The notes under the pieces are model-generated. The model was not told the DNA's origin and did not search any database. It saw only the letters and a list, made by a program, of their open reading frames with translations. A stretch of 64,000 nucleotides of DNA from the NCBI GenBank assembly GCA_018062805.1, contig JAGORN010000001.1, positions 805-64,804 on the forward strand, written 5' to 3'. This DNA comes from Candidatus Saccharimonadota bacterium. GTDB lineage: Bacteria > Patescibacteriota > Saccharimonadia > Saccharimonadales > CAIOMD01. This document shows, in pieces, positions 28,103 to 37,543 of this stretch (positions are counted from its first letter, which is position 1; the number at the start of each line of letters is the position of its first letter). Made by a program: the position numbers and the translations under genes.

Positions 28103-28927
28103 ATGAACAATAGTTTTTTTCCAGGAGAGTATCTAGCGGGCGCCTCAAATCATTTATATTCTAATCTTTTTAAATATGAAACAGATTTTTTTTCAATGCC
28201 ACAATATCAAGTCGAAACAGAGGCAACGTTATACAAAGAATACAAAGAAGCTCACCCAAAAGAAGAAGAGCAGTGGTGTCTAGACCAAATTCTGTTTGCT
28301 ATTAGAAAAATTGCTGGCATTATGACTCCTCAGTATCAATTGCCGGAAGATGCTCGTGATGAAGCAAGGAGACTGGGTTCGCCAATTGATGAAGACGGAT
28401 ACTTCAAGCTCGCGAGGTCTGAAATGAGTAGGATATTTTTATTGTCACCATCACAGCGAGGGTCTATGCCGCCTGCGGGTATTCTAAATGAAGAAGATGA
28501 AAAGCGCATTAAGTCAGCGATAAGAGCACAGAATAATGGTTATTTAGTGGGAAAAGTCCCAAATTACATTGAGGATGCTTTTAAAGTTGTTTTCGAAATC
28601 ACCGGCTCAGCAAAAGTAAGAGACGATAGAACAGAATCAGATGAGCAGAAAGGCTTAATACTATGGAAAGGCGTGTATATTGATTCTCCTGTTTATATTG
28701 AGCTTTCTTACGACCTAGCTAGTGGTTACGCAAGAGTTCCGCTTTTTACGGCCATGGCATATGGTTCGGCGATAGGCGATAAAATTATCGATGAACTACG
28801 CCCAAGTGATTGGCGTAAGCTACAAGAAGCCGGTATTTCTTGGGGCAATATTAGCTATGGCGAAAAACAAGGAATTTTTAAACATAGTACGGTTGACGCA
28901 CTAATACAAATGGCCGGAGAAGGTTAG
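28103..28927 (+). CDS. hypothetical protein
   Basis: Long ORF (track start TTG 28097, first ATG 28103). I recognise no motif. Confidence 0.55.
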   Translation: MNNSFFPGEYLAGASNHLYSNLFKYETDFFSMPQYQVETEATLYKEYKEAHPKEEEQWCLDQILFAIRKIAGIMTPQYQLPEDARDEARRLGSPIDEDGYFKLARSEMSRIFLLSPSQRGSMPPAGILNEEDEKRIKSAIRAQNNGYLVGKVPNYIEDAFKVVFEITGSAKVRDDRTESDEQKGLILWKGVYIDSPVYIELSYDLASGYARVPLFTAMAYGSAIGDKIIDELRPSDWRKLQEAGISWGNISYGEKQGIFKHSTVDALIQMAGEG

Positions 28928-28936
28928 CCAGCAACA

Positions 28937-28971
28937 AAATAAACCACTCGTATAAAATGAGTGGTTTATTA
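28937..28971. terminator. bidirectional hairpin terminator between convergent genes
   Basis: AAACCACTC (28941-28949) pairs with GAGTGGTTT (28959-28967), with A/T runs on both sides. Confidence 0.7.
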
Positions 28972-28992
28972 ATAATTTAGAGTTAAAAACTT

Positions 28993-29265
28993 TTATTCGA
29001 CGACTACTTCGGTTCGTTTGGTTGTTTTACCAGTATGTTTTCGGATTGCTCTTTGCTTAAAGCTAACTACACCGTCTTTAGCAGCGTGAATAGTAAAGTT
29101 ACGACTCATAAAAGTACCAGTTCCAGGGATTTTTGTTCGGCCGATTTGCCTAACAATAACTTCGCCTTCACGAACCGCTTGACCGCCAAACCGCTTGACG
29201 CCGAGTCGCTGGCCGGGGCTATCGTGATTATTTTTACTGGTTCCACCAGCTTTAACATGTGACAT
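28993..29265 (-). CDS. rpmA: 50S ribosomal protein L27
   Basis: MSHVKAGGTSKNNHDSPGQRLGVKRFGGQAV...IVRQIGRTKIPG is the L27 signature. Confidence 0.95.
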   Translation of the reverse strand: MSHVKAGGTSKNNHDSPGQRLGVKRFGGQAVREGEVIVRQIGRTKIPGTGTFMSRNFTIHAAKDGVVSFKQRAIRKHTGKTTKRTEVVVE

Positions 29266-29283
29266 AGGGCTCCTTAAATATGG

Positions 29284-30477
29284 TTAGTTCTTTTCTAGTA
29301 CTACTAGCTCTCGACCAACAAACTGATTCTCGCGAATGTATATTAATTCTTTAGCTTTAGCGTACTTAAAATCTATACGATTGTACCCGATTTCACTCAG
29401 TTGGTCAAGAGTTGGCAAGTGTTTGAAGCCATTATTTATTCGCCAGGCTGGCACGGCCAAACAAAGTCTAGTCCCTGGTTTCAGTTGAGAACTTAAGTTT
29501 TGCAGAGTTTTTTTGTGTAATCCATCGGTTTCAGCAAGTAATTTTGATAGCTTCAAGGGGTCGGGCATCATCGAAATTGGGCTGCCAAGGTAAGTTTCAC
29601 CGGCCACTAAATCAATTTTTTGAGGCCAAGAAAAGTTAGTGGCGTCAGCTTTTTCAATATCGACTGAACTTTGGCTAATTCTTTGGAATTTTTCTTTAAG
29701 CCACTCAATATTTTCTTGACTGAAATTAATCATTTTTGAGCTGATATCTGTTCCAACCACTGAATATCCCATTAGAAGTGCTTCTTGCAAAACTACTCCA
29801 GTGCCACAAAAAGGGTCGAGTAGGGTAGATTCCGATAAGTTTTTCTGAGCAGTTAATTTACCATTAGCTAAATTGATTATTGTCTGAGCTAATTTTGGGG
29901 GTAACATTCCGACAAAGGCATCTCGTTTTGGTCGCGCTTGGTCGCGGGCAGTATAGGCTTCAATATCCTGTTCGTAGGTAGTTGTACCAATAAAGTATTT
30001 AGTGCCAGTGGCGTATACGACAACTTCTATACCGGATCTGCCATCTAGCTTATTGTGCAGAACTTGAGCGCTTGAGAGGGCAGAACTTTTATTTGGTACC
30101 AACCGTATGGACTGCCCATTTTTTTTGAGAATTTTCTTCGCCATCAAACCGGTTTTTTCTATATCTTTGTTGCTAACTCGAAGCCCATAAACACTGAGGC
30201 CGATTGTTAACTTACCTTCAGTTTTTTTGCTAGAACAATCTTTAAAAAGATCAACAACTTGGTTTGTTATGTGACCCCAGTTAACATAACTACCCATGGT
30301 AAAAATTTTACCTACTTTAACCACTGAGCCAAGCCTTAGGCTAGCGCGGTAGTCAATTTCAGGTTCTACAAAAGCGCAGTTATCGCTAAAAACAGCAACA
30401 CAATCAGCGCCATACAGACTTTCTAGCTCTGCCAGACCAATTTTTGGTTGGCGTCCAAGAATTGCAAAAGTTTTCAT
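29284..30477 (-). CDS. putative RNA (guanine-N2-type) SAM-dependent methyltransferase
   Basis: LLDPFCGTGVVLQEA (motif I) and VAGETYLG (a degenerate motif IV), preceded by an N-terminal domain of about 180 aa. The target is unknown. Confidence 0.6.
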   Translation of the reverse strand: MKTFAILGRQPKIGLAELESLYGADCVAVFSDNCAFVEPEIDYRASLRLGSVVKVGKIFTMGSYVNWGHITNQVVDLFKDCSSKKTEGKLTIGLSVYGLRVSNKDIEKTGLMAKKILKKNGQSIRLVPNKSSALSSAQVLHNKLDGRSGIEVVVYATGTKYFIGTTTYEQDIEAYTARDQARPKRDAFVGMLPPKLAQTIINLANGKLTAQKNLSESTLLDPFCGTGVVLQEALLMGYSVVGTDISSKMINFSQENIEWLKEKFQRISQSSVDIEKADATNFSWPQKIDLVAGETYLGSPISMMPDPLKLSKLLAETDGLHKKTLQNLSSQLKPGTRLCLAVPAWRINNGFKHLPTLDQLSEIGYNRIDFKYAKAKELIYIRENQFVGRELVVLEKN

Positions 30478-30520
30478 ACAGTTCTTTCAGTATATTACAA
30501 CTAGGTTATAATTAGCTCAT

Positions 30521-31567
30521 ATGTTTTCAAAACGGACGCGCATTATTATAAATGCCATAACTATTGTTGCACTGGCTATCTTGCTGTATTTTTCTTGGTC
30601 CGATATTGTCGACGGGCTAGAGGAGATAGGTGGTGCCAAATGGTCAATCCTGGCTCTAATGATTCCACTTCAGCTACTAAATTTTTATTCAGTTGGCATG
30701 CTCTATAAAGACTATTTCAAGGCTACCGGCCAAAAAAAAATAGGGAATAGGTGGCAGTACTTTAAAATAGCCCTTGAGCTAAACTTTGTAAATCATGTTT
30801 TTCCTAGTGGTGGAGTGGCTGGTTTTTCTTATCTTGGAGTTAGGCTGAAAGCACTTGGTGTTCCGGTTGCACGAACTACTCTAGCTCAAGTCATGCGTTT
30901 TGCTTTAACTTTCATAAGTTTTTTGGTAATATTATTTTTTGGCTTATTTATGCTCAGTTTCGACCAACTGGCCGGTGGAGTGACGCTATATATTGCCTTG
31001 TCAATTGCTTTTTTGACGCTCTTTGGTTCAGCCGTCGGCATTTTTATCATTAGCGACAGCCAACGCATTAAAGCCTTTACTGGTTTCTTACCGAAAGTTG
31101 CCAATGCTTTACTTAAGCCTTTTACTAAAAAAAGAGACCTTATTAATATTCAGAAAGTTGAAACCTTGTTCGAGGACTTACATAAAGATTATGAAAAAAT
31201 TTCAAAACAGCGCTCTAAACTAAAAAAGCCTCTATTTTGGTCGTTCATGATTAACGTGACAGAAGTGGCGACTATTTACGTGGCTTATTTGGCGCTTAGT
31301 CAAGTAATCAACCCAGGAGCGGTTATTTTGGCCTACTCGGTAGCCAGTTTTGCGGGGCTAGTTTCGGTTCTTCCAGGTGGCATTGGTATTTACGAAGCAC
31401 TTATGACTGCTACGCTTGCTAGTGCCGGCGTACCGAGCGCACTGGCCCTTTCAGCAACCCTAATTTACCGTATTTTTACAATCATTATCTTTATTCCAAT
31501 AGGCTTTATACTTTATCAGATGGCAATTAGAAAAGGTCAGGCACAAAAAGTTGAACGAGCAAAGTAA
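30521..31567 (+). CDS. UPF0104 / lysylphosphatidylglycerol-synthase-TM-like (flippase-like) membrane protein
   Basis: Polytopic membrane protein with a C-terminal LPGGIGIYEA motif. It is a paralog of the 46882-47820 gene (PLPGGVVGAEA). Confidence 0.65.
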   Translation: MFSKRTRIIINAITIVALAILLYFSWSDIVDGLEEIGGAKWSILALMIPLQLLNFYSVGMLYKDYFKATGQKKIGNRWQYFKIALELNFVNHVFPSGGVAGFSYLGVRLKALGVPVARTTLAQVMRFALTFISFLVILFFGLFMLSFDQLAGGVTLYIALSIAFLTLFGSAVGIFIISDSQRIKAFTGFLPKVANALLKPFTKKRDLINIQKVETLFEDLHKDYEKISKQRSKLKKPLFWSFMINVTEVATIYVAYLALSQVINPGAVILAYSVASFAGLVSVLPGGIGIYEALMTATLASAGVPSALALSATLIYRIFTIIIFIPIGFILYQMAIRKGQAQKVERAK

Positions 31568-32678
31568 GCTAGTATTTACGCCGACTGACTTTGTGGCAAT
31601 TACTAACCAGGTTTTTGAAACTGCCTTTGGCTTTAGCTACATTGAAGGTGAGCTAGCCAATTTTAGAATTTCTAAAAATAAATGGCTATATTTCGATATC
31701 AAAGATGCGTCTAGCAAAGTTGCTTGCTTTGGTAGCGTCTATGCCATGCCCGGACCGCTAGAAGAAGGAATGACAGTAGTAGTAGGTGGTCGAGCAACCA
31801 TGCATTCTCAATTTGGGTTCAATTTTACCATTCAGTCTATAGCTCCAAGTGGCCAAGGCTCAATCAAAAAAGCGTTTGACCTCCTAAAAGCAAAACTAAC
31901 AGCAGAGGGTCTATTTGAAGAAGCTAGAAAACGAAGTGTACCATACCCACCGAATAACATTGCCCTAGTTACTTCTTTAGAATCGGCCGCGTACGCCGAC
32001 TTTATTAAAGTTTTGTCGCACCGCTGGCCGTTTGCCAACTTAGCTGTATACGATTCGCTAGTTCAGGGCGATCAAGCCCCAACGCAGTTAGTAAATGCTA
32101 TTAATAACGCCAACGCTAACGAGGTGCTAGCAGATGTATTAGTTATTACCCGGGGCGGCGGTTCGGCTGACGACCTGTCGGCTTTTAACGATGAGCGGGT
32201 AGTTAGGGCAGTAGCTTCTAGTCGTATTCCAACTGTGGTTGCCATTGGTCACGAAGTTGACGAAAGCTTGGCCGAGCTAGCAAGCGACAAAAGGGCTAGC
32301 ACTCCTAGTAATGCAGCCGAATTACTTGTACCAGACAGGCAAGCAGAAGCTCGCCAGATTTTGGGGCTAAAGCCACGACTAAGCTCAAGCTTTAAAACTA
32401 TTATTACTTCTAACCTCGAGAACAACCAGCGCTCACTAGAAAATATAAAATCTATTTTTAATGCTAAACTTCGTACCGCTCAAGCTGAACTTGACCTATC
32501 TAAGCACCGACTAAAGCTACTTAACCCGCGCTCGGTTTTAAAAAAGGGCTATTCCGTTGTTAGGCAAACTGGTGGAGCTGTAGTTAAAAATTCAAAAAGC
32601 CTAAATGTGGGCCAAAATATTGAACTAATATTTTATCAAGGTAGTGCTAAAGCAGAAGTTAAGGAGATTTTAAAATGA
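31551..32678 (+). CDS. xseA: exodeoxyribonuclease VII large subunit
   Basis: OB-fold N-terminus (YIEGELANFRISKNKWLYFDIKD), VITRGGGSADDLSAFNDE and VAIGHEVDESL. TTG start overlapping the upstream gene. Confidence 0.9.
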   Translation: MNEQSKLVFTPTDFVAITNQVFETAFGFSYIEGELANFRISKNKWLYFDIKDASSKVACFGSVYAMPGPLEEGMTVVVGGRATMHSQFGFNFTIQSIAPSGQGSIKKAFDLLKAKLTAEGLFEEARKRSVPYPPNNIALVTSLESAAYADFIKVLSHRWPFANLAVYDSLVQGDQAPTQLVNAINNANANEVLADVLVITRGGGSADDLSAFNDERVVRAVASSRIPTVVAIGHEVDESLAELASDKRASTPSNAAELLVPDRQAEARQILGLKPRLSSSFKTIITSNLENNQRSLENIKSIFNAKLRTAQAELDLSKHRLKLLNPRSVLKKGYSVVRQTGGAVVKNSKSLNVGQNIELIFYQGSAKAEVKEILK

Positions 32679-32857
32679 CCAAATTCAATTATGCCACAAA
32701 AAAAAGTCAGCTAGATGAAATAATAAGTTGGTTCGAGTCCGAGGAAATAGACTTTGAAGAAGCTAGTATAAAGTACGAAGAGGCTATCAAAATTATTGAC
32801 GAAATTGAACAGTATCTAAAAGACAAGTCCGCGCAACTAAAAATAGAAGTTAAATAA
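32675..32857 (+). CDS. xseB: exodeoxyribonuclease VII small subunit
   Basis: 60-aa helical protein coupled to xseA (ATGA overlap), with LDEIISWFESEEIDFEEASIKYEEAIKI. Confidence 0.85.
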   Translation: MTKFNYATKKSQLDEIISWFESEEIDFEEASIKYEEAIKIIDEIEQYLKDKSAQLKIEVK

Positions 32858-33348
32858 TGACTTTTTTTCTGGTAGTAGTTTTAATTCTTATTTTTTGTTT
32901 TGGCTTTGTGGTTGCTTTCGGTGCCCCGTACTTACCAACGCTAGGCAAGCAACAACAGCAAGCCCTGGAGCTGCTTGGGCTAAAGCCAGGGCAGACGATG
33001 CTTGAACTTGGCTCTGGTGACGGACGGATGTTAATTGCCACTGCCAAACAAGGCCTTAACGTCGTGGGCTATGAGCTAAACCCAATTTTATATTTTGTTT
33101 CAAAAATAATCTGTTTCCGCTACAGGCATAAAATAAAAATCCATTTTGGTAATTTTTGGCACAAAAAGTGGCCAGAGGCAGACGCTATTTTTGTTTTTCT
33201 GCACTCCCGCTACATGAGTAGACTAGATCAAAAAGTTAAAGCGCGCTATAGCAAAAAACCTATCAAGCTAGTTTCTTATGCTTTTGAAATTCCTGGCAAA
33301 GTACCCCAAAAAACCGAAGGAGCACTCTACTTATACCAGTACAACTAG
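32857..33348 (+). CDS. membrane-anchored class I SAM-dependent methyltransferase (FAM173/ATPSC-KMT-like)
   Basis: N-terminal TM helix, then GAPYLPT...MLELGSGDGRMLIATAKQGLNVVGYELNP. This closely resembles my recollection of the FAM173 lysine methyltransferases. Confidence 0.6.
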   Translation: MTFFLVVVLILIFCFGFVVAFGAPYLPTLGKQQQQALELLGLKPGQTMLELGSGDGRMLIATAKQGLNVVGYELNPILYFVSKIICFRYRHKIKIHFGNFWHKKWPEADAIFVFLHSRYMSRLDQKVKARYSKKPIKLVSYAFEIPGKVPQKTEGALYLYQYN

Positions 33349-33415
33349 TTGACATTTATACAAAAAAATGCTAGTATTTGAGAATAGTTTTAAAATAAAA
33401 AAGGAATAATCAAAA

Positions 33416-33793
33416 ATGAGTAAAAACAAAGAAAAAGTATCGAAAACTACCAAAGCGACACTTGCGGGCTCAGGTGTCTTGCTCGGTGTAAGTATGTTGG
33501 GTGGGCTCGGCGCAATATACGACGTAGATCAGAAAAGTCAAGAAGTTAGTGCCCTACAAGCAAGCCTTGAAAGTTATAGCCCACAAGAACGCCACATCGT
33601 TGAGCCAACCCAGGCAAAAATAGACTATTTAAACGACCTGATTGACCAAGAGGCAAGATTCGCCATAGGTCTACCAGCTTTAGCAGGAATTGCTTTTTTT
33701 AGCATGGCTCATGCCTATAAGTTTTTAAAAGATGAAGAAGCTAGCGCAGAATCGAAAAAACCAGTATATAAAGTGAAAAAAGTTTCGAAATAA
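33416..33793 (+). CDS. hypothetical membrane protein
   Basis: 125 aa with two hydrophobic segments and an AAGGAA SD. Confidence 0.5.
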   Translation: MSKNKEKVSKTTKATLAGSGVLLGVSMLGGLGAIYDVDQKSQEVSALQASLESYSPQERHIVEPTQAKIDYLNDLIDQEARFAIGLPALAGIAFFSMAHAYKFLKDEEASAESKKPVYKVKKVSK

Positions 33794-33836
33794 GTCAGAA
33801 GTTGTTTATAATAAGAGTTAAATAGTAATTAATTTA

Positions 33837-34064
33837 ATGGATAGAAAAATTATGTCAGAAAAAATGATCCCAGAAACTGCTCAATTGATTAATCAAGTAG
33901 GTATCATGCCTGAAACTAACAGAGTTTTAGCTGATGAAGAACGATGGCTTTTAGCTTCTATGAAAAGATGGGAAAAGAACAGAGTGAAACCTGGTTCGCC
34001 CGAATGGGATAGGAATGAGAGTTTACGACGTCAAGCAGAGGCTAATGCCAGAAAACAAATTTAA
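33837..34064 (+). CDS. hypothetical protein
   Basis: 75-aa ORF. I recognise no motif. Confidence 0.4.
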   Translation: MDRKIMSEKMIPETAQLINQVGIMPETNRVLADEERWLLASMKRWEKNRVKPGSPEWDRNESLRRQAEANARKQI

Positions 34065-34123
34065 GCCAACTTCATTTACAGTTGAGCTACCTCTTGCTAT
34101 CAAAATATGTTAGCATAAGAATA

Positions 34124-34903
34124 ATGCAACCTCAGCAACAAACACCAAATACGGTTCAAAACAATCAGTTATACCCGCCAAATCCTTATGCTACGCCCCA
34201 GCTAGCTCCAGCTTCAATGCTGCCTCCTACTCCTAACGGTTTGCCAGCTAATAAACCACCAGTTGGTTTAATAGTCGGTTTAGTTGTTATGACACTACTT
34301 TTTATTGTCAGTGTTGTTCTAGCATTGGTGTTTTATATGCAAGCATCGGACTATAAAAATAACAGCGATCAAAAGTCAGCCTTTGCTGTTGAACAGGCCA
34401 AGGAACAGCAAAAAAAGGAGCTTGAAACAGTTTTTGCCGAAAAAGAGAAAGAACCTCTTGTGAGCTATACTTCGCCAGCCGACCTGGGTAGTGTCTTCAT
34501 AACCTACCCCAAAACATGGAGTGCTTACATAGATGAAAATGCTAGCTCAGGTACGCCCCTTAATGCTTATTTTCACCCTAATTTTGTGCCTACCGAAAAA
34601 GGTAGCTCTGAAAATGCAACCAACTTTGCGCTCAGAGCTCAGGTATTGCAACAAAGCTATAAGCAAGTTAACGACTCATTCGCCCAACAAATTAAAAAAG
34701 GCGAAGCGACGGCTACAGCCTTGACTGGTTTACCTGGTGGCACAACTGGTGTGCGAATAGATGGCAAAATTGATAGCAAGAAAACTGGTTCCGTCATCAT
34801 TATTCCTGTTCGCGACAAAGTACTCAAAATTTGGACAGAGGGCGATGGCTACAAAAATGACTTTAATAATTTTGTAGTTAAAAATCTTAAATTTAACCCA
34901 TAA
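34124..34903 (+). CDS. hypothetical single-pass membrane protein with a Pro/Gln-rich N-terminus
   Basis: MQPQQQTPNTVQNNQLYPPNPYATPQ..., then the TM helix GLIVGLVVMTLLFIVSVVLALVFY, then a domain of about 190 aa on the other side of the membrane. The track ORF starts at an upstream TTG. Confidence 0.55.
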   Translation: MQPQQQTPNTVQNNQLYPPNPYATPQLAPASMLPPTPNGLPANKPPVGLIVGLVVMTLLFIVSVVLALVFYMQASDYKNNSDQKSAFAVEQAKEQQKKELETVFAEKEKEPLVSYTSPADLGSVFITYPKTWSAYIDENASSGTPLNAYFHPNFVPTEKGSSENATNFALRAQVLQQSYKQVNDSFAQQIKKGEATATALTGLPGGTTGVRIDGKIDSKKTGSVIIIPVRDKVLKIWTEGDGYKNDFNNFVVKNLKFNP

Positions 34904-34970
34904 ATAACTAAAAAATGGTATAATAGTTTCATTAACTTATTATTTTTTAGGGTAGGTAAAAAAGAAACGG

Positions 34971-35657
34971 GTGCTTAAGGTGTCTACTAAAACGGGTCAA
35001 AACATAAATTTAGATAATCCACTGTTTTTCGACTTTCAAGATAAATTTTTGCAAATCAAAGCCCTTGCTGAGCGAGGAAACAGTGAGCGCGAAATTGAAA
35101 AAATTAGCCGTCAAGCCTTAAGTACTCTTAGTTTTGTGTTGTTTGCTAGCTATGCTAGCCAGACTCAACTTGAGCTAACTAGCGTTTCGGCGGCTGGAGC
35201 AGTGGCCGATGCGGCCAGCGAGGTTAGGGGTGTTGCTAAACTATTTGGAGTCGATATTGTCATGGACACTAGCCCCAAACTTGACCTAGTCTATTCGCAT
35301 CAACTGGCTATTAAAGCTGCTGTTTTTGGTTTACTATCTGGTGCTTGTACGGCAGCGACCAATAAGCCAGCCACCTCTTTAACTGTTTCAGTGCAGCAGA
35401 CTAACATCAATATTCAGCGAATTGGCATTTTTTCGAGCGACTTAGACATTAGCTTAACTGACATAAATAAAGCTAAAACTTTAGCTAACAGTTCTAGAAT
35501 GTCAGCCCCAAGCTTGTCCTCTGACTCTGGAGCTGGTTTTGTTTTAGCTCAGAAGTTTGTTAGTTTGTTAAGTTCAGAACTGCAGACTTTCTCTCATAAA
35601 GGTCAAAAAGGGGTTGGCTTTTACGTTCCATTAAGTCACCAGCTTAGTCTTGTTTAA
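34971..35657 (+). CDS. degenerate histidine-kinase-like protein (HATPase_c-like C-terminus; no H-box or N-box)
   Basis: The C-terminus SDSGAGFVLAQKFVSLLSSELQTFSHKGQKGVGFYVPL resembles the G1/G2 lid and final strands of HATPase_c. I see no HExxxP-type phospho-His motif, no N-box Asn and no TM segment. Confidence 0.45.
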   Translation: MLKVSTKTGQNINLDNPLFFDFQDKFLQIKALAERGNSEREIEKISRQALSTLSFVLFASYASQTQLELTSVSAAGAVADAASEVRGVAKLFGVDIVMDTSPKLDLVYSHQLAIKAAVFGLLSGACTAATNKPATSLTVSVQQTNINIQRIGIFSSDLDISLTDINKAKTLANSSRMSAPSLSSDSGAGFVLAQKFVSLLSSELQTFSHKGQKGVGFYVPLSHQLSLV

Positions 35658-35662
35658 CTGAC

Positions 35663-36040
35663 ATGGTTTTGCTATTAGTTGAACCAGATATAATTTTAGG
35701 CTCTAGCTACGCTAGTGGGTTAGAGCAAGCATCGTTTAAGGTTATTTGGGCTAAAAATGCCGAGCAAGCAATTCATTCTACCGATGAGCTGAAGCCAGAT
35801 ATAATTGTTTTAGAACCAAAAATTTCCAGCCATAGTGGCATAGAGTTTTTACACGAGCTTCGCTCTTATGAAGATTGGCTTAATATACAAGTGGTCGTCT
35901 ATAGTTCGGTACCGAGTTATGCTTTTGGCTTAGATGAATCTACCTGGCAACAATTTGGAGTAGTCCGTTATTTAGAAAAGGCAAAGACTAGTGTTAAGGA
36001 ACTGGCTGCTATTTGCAATACTATTTTGGAGGATGCATGA
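35663..36040 (+). CDS. atypical (pseudo-)receiver domain protein
   Basis: The receiver layout is conserved, but LLLVEPD replaces the DD pocket and PDIIVLEPKIS has Glu where the phospho-acceptor Asp is expected. Ser (VVVYSS) and Lys (YLEKA) are retained. Confidence 0.6.
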   Translation: MVLLLVEPDIILGSSYASGLEQASFKVIWAKNAEQAIHSTDELKPDIIVLEPKISSHSGIEFLHELRSYEDWLNIQVVVYSSVPSYAFGLDESTWQQFGVVRYLEKAKTSVKELAAICNTILEDA

Positions 36041-36720
36041 GCCGAGTTGTTGACCAAGCAATAGTACTTAGGCGAACCAATTATGGTGAAGCCGACAGAG
36101 TAGTTTCTTTCATAACCAACAATAATGGAAAAGTCTCGGTACTAGCAAGAGGAGTCAGAAAGCCAAAGAGTAAATTGGCCGCTGGCATAGAGCCTTTTTG
36201 CGTCAATGAAATTTGTTTTATGCCGGGCAGGGGCGAACTAAGTACCATAACGAGTGCCAAAATAGTTAAGCATCATACAAATTTTTTAACCGATATTAGT
36301 CGGCTCGAACTGGCCCAGCAAATTTTAAAAACAATAGATAAAAAAGTGGCCGATAATTCTAGCAGTGACTTTTTCGATTTTTTAAAAACGGCGCTAGAAC
36401 AAGTGAATAGTAGCCAAAATATAGGTCTTGTCGAAGTTTGGTGCCTAGTTAAGTTTGCCGATCTGTCGGGTATTGGTTTAAATTTAGCTGAGCAAGTCGA
36501 CACTCAAGCATACGAGGAAAATGCAAAATATTTATTCGACATAGAAAGTGGTGGCTTTTTTATACACCCCGATGGTGTTTATGACCCAGCCCACATTAAA
36601 TATTTAAGGTTAGCCAGAGTCAATTTACCAAGCAAGCTGGCGAGAATAGAAGGGGTCGACAACTTAACGGCCGACCTGTTGCCGGCTTTACGGTCGTTTT
36701 CAAAAATCCACTTAAGCTAA
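36037..36720 (+). CDS. recO: DNA repair protein RecO
   Basis: MSRVVDQAIVLRRTNYGEADRVVSFITNNNGKVSVLARGVRKPKSKLA is a typical RecO OB-fold N-terminus. The ATG overlaps the upstream stop (ATGA at 36037-36040). The track ORF starts further upstream in the same frame. Confidence 0.85.
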   Translation: MSRVVDQAIVLRRTNYGEADRVVSFITNNNGKVSVLARGVRKPKSKLAAGIEPFCVNEICFMPGRGELSTITSAKIVKHHTNFLTDISRLELAQQILKTIDKKVADNSSSDFFDFLKTALEQVNSSQNIGLVEVWCLVKFADLSGIGLNLAEQVDTQAYEENAKYLFDIESGGFFIHPDGVYDPAHIKYLRLARVNLPSKLARIEGVDNLTADLLPALRSFSKIHLS

Positions 36721-37244
36721 CTGAAGCTACAAACAAATTTTATAACTTGTTTTTGACATCAAGTTTGACGAATACAAAACAAAATCTACCATATTAATTA
36801 GAATGAGCAATATTATAGAAAAAGAAAAAACAAAATTGGCAGTGAATCAATCCAAGATTAACAAGGTGAGTCAGTGCCAGATAAAGTTGCGCTGATGTGG
36901 ACCGTTCCAGATTAGGCACTGATAAATGATAACAGAGAAAATGCGATAGCGAGCTTTTGGTCATGGGTGCGTAGCTACTATTTATAGATGAGCAGCTTAG
37001 AAATTGTTAAAGATCAAATGCATACTGATATATTTCATCAGTTTTACAACGTTCCCGTGAAAAAATTGCTACACTAGAAGCTGAAAATGCAAAATTAAGA
37101 GAAGTATTACATACGGTATGTAAATAAGCTTCAAGAAACCGCATGAAGGAATCGAAAACATTTTGGGCCAGCTTAGATTCATAGTATAAAGACAATCAAT
37201 TGAAATAAGTACTAAACATTATATTTGACAAAACATAAAATCTA

Positions 37245-37273
37245 TTGACAAACTAAAAGAAAAAGAGTATTAT
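37245..37273 (+). promoter_or_regulatory. sigma70-type promoter (TTGACA-17-TATTAT)
   Basis: TTGACA at 37245-37250, a 17-nt spacer, then TATTAT at 37268-37273. A second TTGACA lies at 37225-37230. Confidence 0.55.
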
Positions 37274-37327
37274 GAAAAGGTTAATATTCAGAATAATAAT
37301 TAGTATTTGTAAGGACAATTTTTATAT

Positions 37328-37543
37328 ATGGAATCTAATTATAGAATAAAGCAAAACAGATATCACCGTGAATCATTAGGTCAAACAATACACGGCGAAA
37401 AATGGAACTCTATATTAACTCAAGCAGAGCAAGATGAGCATTCTATTATGTCGGCTGCATTAAGTGCTTTTGACCGTGCTGCGTCATCTATGGCTCAAAA
37501 ACGAGAAAACAGAGGACTTAAGCTTGATAAAAAGAATAGATAG
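37328..37543 (+). CDS. hypothetical protein
   Basis: 71-aa ORF downstream of a near-consensus promoter. I recognise no motif. Confidence 0.4.
   Translation: MESNYRIKQNRYHRESLGQTIHGEKWNSILTQAEQDEHSIMSAALSAFDRAASSMAQKRENRGLKLDKKNR

Noticed and set aside
37007-37195. 62-aa minus-strand ORF in the recO-glyQS gap
   Set aside because: It has no RBS, promoter or motif. It overlaps the frame that carries the leucine-zipper-like fragment on the + strand, so neither can be called as a gene.
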